NCBI GenBank assembly: GCA_965237955.1
Contig: OZ250169.1
Location: 1,888,001-1,952,000, forward strand
Reading direction: 5' to 3'
Source: Candidatus Marinacidobacterales bacterium
Lineage (GTDB): Bacteria; Acidobacteriota; Vicinamibacteria; Marinacidobacterales; SMYC01
Length of the DNA stretch: 64,000 bases
Under the pieces are notes generated by a model. The model was not told the origin of the DNA. It did no database searches and saw only the letters and a program-made list of their open reading frames with translations. Below are positions 57,054 to 64,000 of this stretch, piece by piece. Both the position numbers and the translations under genes were made by a program. How positions within the stretch are numbered: position 1 is the stretch's first letter; every line of letters begins with the position of its first letter.

Positions 57054-59240
57054 ATGAGGATATCGGGGTCTCGAATACCTGGCACTTCTGACCAACCGGG
57101 CATCGCTATCGCCGGATACACCTTACGAGGTCTCCTGTTTGCTTTTCTCCTCGTCGCTCCGGCGGAGGTCCGCGCCCAAGATGAAGTGACCCTGCAGGCG
57201 GAAACCCAGCAACAGCTGGGCGACGGTCTCGTCAAAGCTGAGGGGTACGTTTCCATCCGTGCCGGATCGGCGCACCTGACCGCGGATCGTGTCGATTATT
57301 GGCCAGATGAAGGCCGCGTCGTTGCCGAGGGCAACGTCGTGTACCAGCAAGACGACCAGAAGATCGTTGCCGCTCGGCTCGAGGTAGACCTGAATACCAA
57401 AACCGGCCGGTTCTTGAACGCTTTCGGTATGGCGGGCCGCGACTTCTACTTCTATGGGGATGTCATCGAGAAAAAGTCCGAGGACATTTACGTTATCGAG
57501 GGCGGCTGGTTTACGTCGTGCGCGCAGCCGACCCCTCGGTGGCAGTTCACTGCCGGTAAGGCGACGCTGAAGCGAGACCACCACGTATCGCTCCATCACA
57601 CGCTGTTGCGGGTGAAGTCGCTCCCGGTGTTCTACTTGCCCTATTTCTATTACCCCATCAACGACGAGGACCGCTCCACGGGGCTGTTATTGCCCCAGAT
57701 CGGGAACTCCTCGTTGAAAGGCTTCATCTACAACCAAGCGTTCTTTTGGGCGATCAACCGTTCGATGGACGCGACGTTTACCTTCGAGCGGTTTTCGGAG
57801 ATCGGAAACGGTGGCTCACTCGAATACCGCTACGTCGAAAGCCCCGGCTCACGAGGTGAGGTCGACGCGTTCTTGATTCGGAACTCGCAGGCGAACACCC
57901 AGGAGTACACCATCAACGCGTTCGTGAACCAGAGACTGCCCTGGAACTTCAAAGCGGTCGCTCGCGTCGATTTTTTCAGCAGCTTCGAGTTCCAGCAGCA
58001 GTTTCAGGAAAACTACAACCGTGCCACGAGGCGCTCCAAGAGAGCATCGGGCACGATCTCTGGATCGTTCAACCAGTACAACCTCCGTATCCTGTTCGAT
58101 CGCAACGACACGTCCTTCGGTGAGCGTGTTGCGGTCCGGAAGATCCTGCCGAGCGTGAAGCTGAGCTCGCGCCCGAGCGAGATTTTCGGCACGCCGATTC
58201 TCTTCTCGTTCAAGACGGAGGCGACATCTCTCGCGCGAACCACCCGGGGCCAGTTGTTCGAGTACGAGCGCTTCGACGTTTTCCCGACCGTGTCCTATCC
58301 GTTCACGGGCCTGAGCTATCTAACAGCGCGCCTGAGCCTCTCGGGACGATACACGCACTATACGTCGGCGTTGGCAGGCCGAGACCTCGAAGACGTGGGT
58401 ATCGACCGGAAGTACTTCGAGACGCGCATGGACGTCCGTGGCCCGACGTTCGCGAAGATTTTCAATTCTGACAACGGTGGCTACGCGGCGGCGTACAAGC
58501 ACATCATCGAGCCTCAAGTGGTGTGGAGTTATCGCTCACGCGTCGACAACTTCGACTTCATCCCCAAGTTCGACGGTCAGGACTACGTTCCGGGAACCAA
58601 CCAGGTCGCGTTCTCTCTCGTCAACCGTTTTCTTGCGAAGCGCATCGTCAACGGAAAAGAGCAGCAGACCGCGACCGCGATGCTGACGTGGACCCTCTCC
58701 CAGCGCTACTTCTTCAACATCAACGCGTCGCTCTACGACCGGCAATTCTCGACGCCCTACTATTCAGAGGGCGGTATTCCGAGTAGTCGCTCGCCGATTA
58801 CTTCCCGAGTAAACTACCGCCCGTCACGAAACCTCACCGCCAGTTGGAACTTGGACTACGACTTGAACTTCAACGCGATCCGCTCCTCGAGCACCGCGGC
58901 GACTTATGGAGGACGGTGGGGGTCGGTGCGCGGTCTGTGGACGCGCCGCAATATTCCCGATCGGGATGTCAAACGCAGCAACTTCCGGATCGGTACCGCG
59001 TTGAACGTAGCCCGCGGAACTCAAGTCAACTTTAACACGAGCTACGACGTCACTTCGAGAGAGCTCACCAACGTGCGTGCCGGCGTTGTCTACAACATCC
59101 AATGCTGTGGGTTCATGGTCGAGTTCAACCGTTTCAACTTCCGCGGGTTCCGCGAAGAGAACACGATTCGGTTCGGGATTACGCTCGCCAATATCGGGAG
59201 CTTCGGCACCTCGCTCGGCGGTTCCGGGCGCGTGTACTGA
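57054..59240 (+). CDS. lptD: LPS assembly outer membrane protein LptD
   Basis: N-terminal jellyroll (LTADRV, AEGNV), FTSC...PRW, RSTGLLLP, KHIIEP, and a beta-barrel C-terminus with QCCG. Start uncertain. Confidence 0.85.
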   Translation: MRISGSRIPGTSDQPGIAIAGYTLRGLLFAFLLVAPAEVRAQDEVTLQAETQQQLGDGLVKAEGYVSIRAGSAHLTADRVDYWPDEGRVVAEGNVVYQQDDQKIVAARLEVDLNTKTGRFLNAFGMAGRDFYFYGDVIEKKSEDIYVIEGGWFTSCAQPTPRWQFTAGKATLKRDHHVSLHHTLLRVKSLPVFYLPYFYYPINDEDRSTGLLLPQIGNSSLKGFIYNQAFFWAINRSMDATFTFERFSEIGNGGSLEYRYVESPGSRGEVDAFLIRNSQANTQEYTINAFVNQRLPWNFKAVARVDFFSSFEFQQQFQENYNRATRRSKRASGTISGSFNQYNLRILFDRNDTSFGERVAVRKILPSVKLSSRPSEIFGTPILFSFKTEATSLARTTRGQLFEYERFDVFPTVSYPFTGLSYLTARLSLSGRYTHYTSALAGRDLEDVGIDRKYFETRMDVRGPTFAKIFNSDNGGYAAAYKHIIEPQVVWSYRSRVDNFDFIPKFDGQDYVPGTNQVAFSLVNRFLAKRIVNGKEQQTATAMLTWTLSQRYFFNINASLYDRQFSTPYYSEGGIPSSRSPITSRVNYRPSRNLTASWNLDYDLNFNAIRSSSTAATYGGRWGSVRGLWTRRNIPDRDVKRSNFRIGTALNVARGTQVNFNTSYDVTSRELTNVRAGVVYNIQCCGFMVEFNRFNFRGFREENTIRFGITLANIGSFGTSLGGSGRVY

Positions 59241-59259
59241 CAGATGCCGTGAAAATCCC

Positions 59260-60123
59260 GTGAAAATCCTGGTGACGGGAGCCGGTGGGCTCGTCGGAAG
59301 CCTCGTCGTCGAGCGCGCGGCGGCGGATCATGACATCCGCGGTCTTGTGCGTGCCGAGCTCGACGTCACCGACCCGGGCGCCGTCCGGAGCGCCGTTCGG
59401 GAGTTTTCCCCGCACGTCGTGCTACACTGCGCGGCTTACACCGACGTGGACGGCGCCGAGCGCAACCCGGAGCGGGCCCTCGAAGTGAACGCGGATGCCA
59501 CCGAGCAGGTGGCGGTCGCGGCCAAAGAGCTTGGAGCGAGCCTGGTCTATGTCAGCACCGACTATGTATTCGATGGCAAAGGGGCGACGCCCTATCGAGA
59601 AAGTGACGCCACAAAACCTCTCTCGAGCTACGGGGTCTCGAAGCTCGAAGGTGAGCGACGGGTGGAGGACGCGTGTCCCGAGCGCTTCATCATCGTTCGC
59701 ACCGGTTGGCTCTACGGAGCCGGCAAAGGTTTTGTGGACTGGGCCCGCGCCCGCCTGGTCGGGTCCGAGCAGCTTCCCGTCGTCGACGATCAAAAAGGCT
59801 CGCCGACATACGCGGGCGATCTGGCCGATGCGCTTCTCGAGCTCGCCACCGGCGCTCATCGTGGCGTCTTTCATTTCGTGAACCAAGGGGAAGCAACCTG
59901 GCTCGACCTCGGCCGCGCCGTCGCCCAAGAGCTGGGCCACGGCCCGGCGAAGTTGAAGCCGATCCGTGGGGAAACGCTGCGGCGTCCGGCACCGAGACCG
60001 GCGTATTCGGCTCTGTCAGTCAGCCACTACGAGAAAACGACTGCAAAGCGCGTTCGCCCCTGGCGCGAAGCGCTGAACGCATATTTGCGGATGGCTGATG
60101 GCCGACGGCCGATGGCGGATTGA
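59260..60123 (+). CDS. rfbD: dTDP-4-dehydrorhamnose reductase
   Basis: TGAGGLVG, CAAYTDVDGAE, STDYVFDG, YGVSKLEGE, DQKGSPT and APRPAYS. Confidence 0.92.
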   Translation: MKILVTGAGGLVGSLVVERAAADHDIRGLVRAELDVTDPGAVRSAVREFSPHVVLHCAAYTDVDGAERNPERALEVNADATEQVAVAAKELGASLVYVSTDYVFDGKGATPYRESDATKPLSSYGVSKLEGERRVEDACPERFIIVRTGWLYGAGKGFVDWARARLVGSEQLPVVDDQKGSPTYAGDLADALLELATGAHRGVFHFVNQGEATWLDLGRAVAQELGHGPAKLKPIRGETLRRPAPRPAYSALSVSHYEKTTAKRVRPWREALNAYLRMADGRRPMAD

Positions 60124-60133
60124 AGGAGAACGA

Positions 60134-61096
60134 ATGAAAGCACTGATAACTGGAATCACCGGCTTCGCGGGAAGTCATCTAGCCGAGTACATCCTCGGCG
60201 AGCATCGCGACTACGAGGTCTACGGCACGATGCGGTGGCGAAGCCGAACCGAGAACATCCGAGATATCGAGTCCAAGATCCAACTGATCGAGTGCGACGT
60301 GAGGGACTCGAGCTCGGTCAAGAAGCTCATCGAGCGTGCGGAGCCCGATCGCATCTTCCACCTCGCGGCGCAAAGCTTCGTGCCGTCGTCGTGGAACGCT
60401 CCTGCGGAGTCGCTCAGCACCAACATTCTCGGTCAGCTCAACATTTTCGAAGCCGTGCGGGCACTGAACCTCGACCCGTGGATCCAGATCGCATGCTCGA
60501 GCGAAGAGTACGGGATGGTCTATGAGGACGAGCTGCCGATCAAAGAGACGAACCCGCTGCGTCCACTGTCACCGTACGCGGTGAGCAAAGTGGGGCAGGA
60601 CTATCTTGGCTACCAATACTGTCAGAGCTTCGGCATGAAAGTGATCCGCACCCGTGGGTTCAACCACGACGGCCCGCGGCGGGGCGACGTGTTCGTGTCA
60701 TCGAACTTCGCCAAGCAGCTCGTCGCGATCGAGAAAGGCAAAAAACCACCGCTCATCGAGGTGGGTAACCTCGAAGCCCGACGTGATTTCACCGACGTGC
60801 GCGACATGGTTCGAGGGTACTGGCTCGCGCTCGATGGAAACTGTGAGCCCGGTGAAGCGTACAACATCGCAAGCGGCACCGACTGGTGCATCCAGGACGT
60901 GCTCGACAAGTTGATCGATCTGTCGGGTCAGAAAGTCGAAGTCCGGGAAGATCCAGCCAGGCTGCGCCCTTCCGACGTGCCCGTGCTCCTCGGCGATGCG
61001 TCGAAGTTCAGAAAAGCCACGGGCTGGACGACCAGTATTCCCTACGAGCAAACGCTTCAGGACATGCTCGACTACTGGAGAGCGGAGATCGACTAA
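60134..61096 (+). CDS. GDP-mannose 4,6-dehydratase / Rmd-like extended SDR
   Basis: TGITGFAGSHL, HLAAQSFV, SSEEYG, SPYAVSK, FNHDGPRRG and GNLEARRDF. Confidence 0.85.
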   Translation: MKALITGITGFAGSHLAEYILGEHRDYEVYGTMRWRSRTENIRDIESKIQLIECDVRDSSSVKKLIERAEPDRIFHLAAQSFVPSSWNAPAESLSTNILGQLNIFEAVRALNLDPWIQIACSSEEYGMVYEDELPIKETNPLRPLSPYAVSKVGQDYLGYQYCQSFGMKVIRTRGFNHDGPRRGDVFVSSNFAKQLVAIEKGKKPPLIEVGNLEARRDFTDVRDMVRGYWLALDGNCEPGEAYNIASGTDWCIQDVLDKLIDLSGQKVEVREDPARLRPSDVPVLLGDASKFRKATGWTTSIPYEQTLQDMLDYWRAEID

Positions 61097-62068
61097 GTGC
61101 TGTCCCTCGTCACTGGAGCGGCTGGCTTCGTCGGCCGTCATCTCACCCGGCACTTGAAAGACCGCGGGCACGTTGTATCGGCCCTCGTCCACCCGAGCGA
61201 GCACAACGAGGACCTCGAGCTCGATGGTGTCGCCACCATCGAAGCCGCCGATCTGTTGGACGAGCGTGCGCTCGCGGGCGCCGTCGCCCGCCTCGAGCCG
61301 GATGCGATCTATCACCTCGCCGCGTTCTCGAACCCCGAGAGCTCCCTGAAGTATGCGCGCCAGACTTTGGAGACCAACATTCTCGGCACCCAAAATCTCT
61401 TGGAGGCTGCGCGCCACGGCGGACGCGCGCCCCGGATACTCCTCGTTGGCTCGGCTCAGCAGTACGGGAAGGTCACCGAAGACGAGCAACCGATTTCAGA
61501 AGAGCGTGTTCAGAAACCCCTCACCCCCTACTCGGTGAGCAAGGCGTCCCAAGAGCTTCTCGGGCAGAGCTATTTTCTTTCGGAAGGCTTGCCCGTTTTT
61601 TGGACTCGCTCGTTCAACCATACCGGCCCGGGCCAGGCGGACTTCTACGTTTGTTCCAGCTTCGCCCGGCAGGTGGCAGAGGTTGAAAACGGCAAGAGAG
61701 CTCCCGAGATCCACGTGGGAAACCTTGCCGCGCGGCGTGATTTCACCGACGTACGCGACGTCGCACGCGCGTACACGGCGATCGTCGAGCGCGGTCAGCC
61801 GGGCCGCGCCTACAACGTTTGCCGTGGAGAGGCGGTATCGATTCAGGAAGTGCTCGACACGTTGATCGAGCTTTCGACCGCGGACGTCGAAGTGCGAGTC
61901 GACCCGGAGCGCTACCACGCGCTCGATGCCCCGTTGATTTTCGGCGACGCCACCCGTCTTCGTGAAGATACCGGGTGGAGTCCCGAGTTTTCTCTCAGAG
62001 ACACCCTCTCCGACTTATTGAACGACTGGCGCGGCAAGATCAACAAGGGCGACGAAAACAACAGGTAG
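61097..62068 (+). CDS. Second extended SDR (Rmd-like GDP-4-keto-6-deoxymannose reductase)
   Basis: TGAAGFVG, HLAA, PYSVSK, FNHTGPGQ and GNLAARRDFTDVRD. Confidence 0.82.
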   Translation: MLSLVTGAAGFVGRHLTRHLKDRGHVVSALVHPSEHNEDLELDGVATIEAADLLDERALAGAVARLEPDAIYHLAAFSNPESSLKYARQTLETNILGTQNLLEAARHGGRAPRILLVGSAQQYGKVTEDEQPISEERVQKPLTPYSVSKASQELLGQSYFLSEGLPVFWTRSFNHTGPGQADFYVCSSFARQVAEVENGKRAPEIHVGNLAARRDFTDVRDVARAYTAIVERGQPGRAYNVCRGEAVSIQEVLDTLIELSTADVEVRVDPERYHALDAPLIFGDATRLREDTGWSPEFSLRDTLSDLLNDWRGKINKGDENNR

Positions 62069-62074
62069 TAACCG

Positions 62075-64000
62075 ATGCTTCTCGCGGTGGCCACCGTGGC
62101 GCTTCTCGTGGCGCTTCTCTCCGGAGTGGGAGGCGCTGTCGGGTCGATCGGAGCCACGGCGCTGTGGATGCTCGCCCTATTCAAGTTGTCCGGAAAGAGC
62201 CCGCCGACGTTCACGGCGTCCGAGACCGGGGGCGAGGCCGGGAACCGTAGCCGCGCCGCCCGATGGTTCGCTTCGGCCGTGGTCGTTTTCGCGTTCGCGC
62301 TCCGCTGGCCGATCGCTTCGCACGACGTCGAGCACTACGCCGGTCCAGATGAAGGTGAAGTCGTCGAGAACGTGCTCGAGATGCTGCGGATGGGTGACTT
62401 CGACCATCGCCATCCAGGCTATCCGGGGCTCCACTTCTACTTGCAAATGCTTCCGGCGCAAGCGCACTTGGCCGCGGCTTCTAAGACGATCCCCGAGCTT
62501 CCACGATCGGGCTTTTACCTCGGGGCGCGTCGGCTCACTCTGATGGCAGGAGTCCTTGCCGCCGGGGTTGTGTTTTGGATTGGGTGCCAGTGGCTTTCGT
62601 CTTTCAGTGCGGCCTTGGCCACGAGTTTGGTGGCGTTGTCGCCGCTCGCTTTTCGCGAATCCGGGGTGGTCAACCCGGACCTCATGCTCATGTTGTTCGT
62701 GGTCGTGTCCTTGGGTTTGTCGTTGCGCCTTTTGGAGTCCAGGTCGTGGCTTTCGTATGGGCTCGCGGGTGTGTCGGTTGGGCTCGCGAGTGCTGTCAAG
62801 TACACCGGAGTCTTCGCGCTCGTGCCGTTCTTGTTGGCTTGGCTTTTCGGGTCGAGCCCGCGACGGGACACCAGCAAGTGGATATTGGGCCTTGTGCTCT
62901 CGGGGATTGCGTTCGTGGTGACGAGCCCGTACACCCTGTTGAACGTATCTGCGTTCGTGCGTGGAGTTTCGATGCACATGGGCTATTACCAAGCGGCTCA
63001 GTTGAACGCGCCTTTCGAGCTGACGCGTCAGCTCGCGACGAGAGGCGTCGGCGTCGTCGCCGCGATCGCAGCGGTTCTCGCGGCGGCGCGAGCTCTGAGC
63101 GCTGTCGACAAAAGACTGTTGGTGCTGATGGGGTATCCACTGACCTACTGGTTCGTGTTCTCGTTCTTCGACCGCGCCTTTCCGAGACACGCACTCGTGC
63201 TGCTACCTGTCGTCGCGCTCCTCGCTGCGGATACGTTCGAGCGCGTCGCGCGTCGCGCGCCGCAAACATCGCGACTTGGGGCGCGAGTCGCGTTGGGTCT
63301 GGTTTTCGTCGCGGGTCCTCTTCTCGGCTCGATCGACCTTTGGCGCCGTGCGCACCGTGAGACTCCTGCCGAAGCCGCCCGGTCGTGGGCGACGTCCAAT
63401 TTTCCACCAGGAAGCCGCGTGCTTCAGGACGAGCACACGCCGCGCCTCGACCCCGAGAACTACCACGTGCACCGGATCCGGGTCGAGGAGAAGCAGTTCG
63501 TCGGAAATTACGATTGGGTTCTGTACTCGGGGTATCCGCCCGGGTTGAGGACGGGAGGCCTACGTGAGGTGGCTCGATTCGAGAACGAAAATGCTCTCGG
63601 GGATCTCATCATCGCGTACCAAGTCCCTGGCCGGGAAAGCCTCATGCCGAGAACTTTCCGCCGAAACCGCCGAGCCGCAGTCATCGGTGCGGGAGAGCTC
63701 CCGTTTTTCGGCAGTGGCTGGTACCCGCCGACCTCCGGCGCCTTCGAAACCTCGCGCCTATCCCAGGGCGATACCTCGGAGATCTTCTTCGTCCTAGACG
63801 AGCCCACCGACCTCGATGCGGAGCTCATGCTCGGCGCCGCCGCAACCGAAGGCGTGGTAACACTGACGCTCAACGAGCAAGAACTAGGCGAACTCGCTTA
63901 CGAAGGAGAACGCGAAACCCACAGCGTGACGATGGCGGCTGAGAGTCTGAAGGCGGGACTAAACCGTCTTGTCCTGAGCTACGACGCGACTCAAAGGCTC
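62075..64000 (+). CDS. GT-C fold membrane glycosyltransferase (ArnT/PMT-like), 3'-truncated by the window edge
   Basis: Not in the ORF track. Manual reading from ATG 62075 gives TM segments, ALRW...GPDEG...HPGYPGL, LASAVKYTG, TSPY and FPRHALVLLP. Confidence 0.75.
   Translation, partial: MLLAVATVALLVALLSGVGGAVGSIGATALWMLALFKLSGKSPPTFTASETGGEAGNRSRAARWFASAVVVFAFALRWPIASHDVEHYAGPDEGEVVENVLEMLRMGDFDHRHPGYPGLHFYLQMLPAQAHLAAASKTIPELPRSGFYLGARRLTLMAGVLAAGVVFWIGCQWLSSFSAALATSLVALSPLAFRESGVVNPDLMLMLFVVVSLGLSLRLLESRSWLSYGLAGVSVGLASAVKYTGVFALVPFLLAWLFGSSPRRDTSKWILGLVLSGIAFVVTSPYTLLNVSAFVRGVSMHMGYYQAAQLNAPFELTRQLATRGVGVVAAIAAVLAAARALSAVDKRLLVLMGYPLTYWFVFSFFDRAFPRHALVLLPVVALLAADTFERVARRAPQTSRLGARVALGLVFVAGPLLGSIDLWRRAHRETPAEAARSWATSNFPPGSRVLQDEHTPRLDPENYHVHRIRVEEKQFVGNYDWVLYSGYPPGLRTGGLREVARFENENALGDLIIAYQVPGRESLMPRTFRRNRRAAVIGAGELPFFGSGWYPPTSGAFETSRLSQGDTSEIFFVLDEPTDLDAELMLGAAATEGVVTLTLNEQELGELAYEGERETHSVTMAAESLKAGLNRLVLSYDATQRL

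Noticed and set aside
59248-59270. 11-bp duplication CGTGAAAATCC at the rfbD start
   Set aside because: Too short, and it leaves the reading frame and start intact; no evidence of function.

Overview
GC-rich bacterial chromosomal segment. It is most consistent with an Acidobacteriota (Vicinamibacteria-like) genome, inferred from the Acidobacterial VWA protein, pilin style, LptD and short tandem-repeat palindromes. Both ends carry housekeeping genes: GH20 hexosaminidase, rpiA, an osmoprotectant ABC transporter, nadE and an LplT-acyltransferase on the left, and polA, cyclophilin, nfuA, lptD, rmlD, two sugar-nucleotide SDRs and a GT-C glycosyltransferase on the right. The middle (about 12-41 kb) is an accessory and decay zone. 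It holds two complete ISL3 elements with 8-bp target duplications, a MITE, many gene fragments, a SpeA-SpeB-DHS-like polyamine operon, a pilin/propeller fusion broken by a tandem duplication, a nucleotidyltransferase pair, a SNF2-SWIM module and an MglA-like GTPase. A REC-GGDEF/CHASE2 kinase/REC-DUF4388/FecR signalling operon follows at about 41-47 kb. Three observations stand out. (1) A B12-radical SAM gene has an apparent UGA stop that reads as selenocysteine (CUAEP tail plus SECIS-like hairpin); it is coupled to nfuA and faces an ATP-grasp ligase. (2) One ISL3 element contains a strand-specific structured non-coding region. (3) A hidden 31-aa Lys-rich peptide gene, split by the other ISL3, lies directly behind a decayed RiPP-type radical SAM gene. 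I saw no rRNA, tRNA or CRISPR array. All family assignments come from motif recognition by eye, not database searches.
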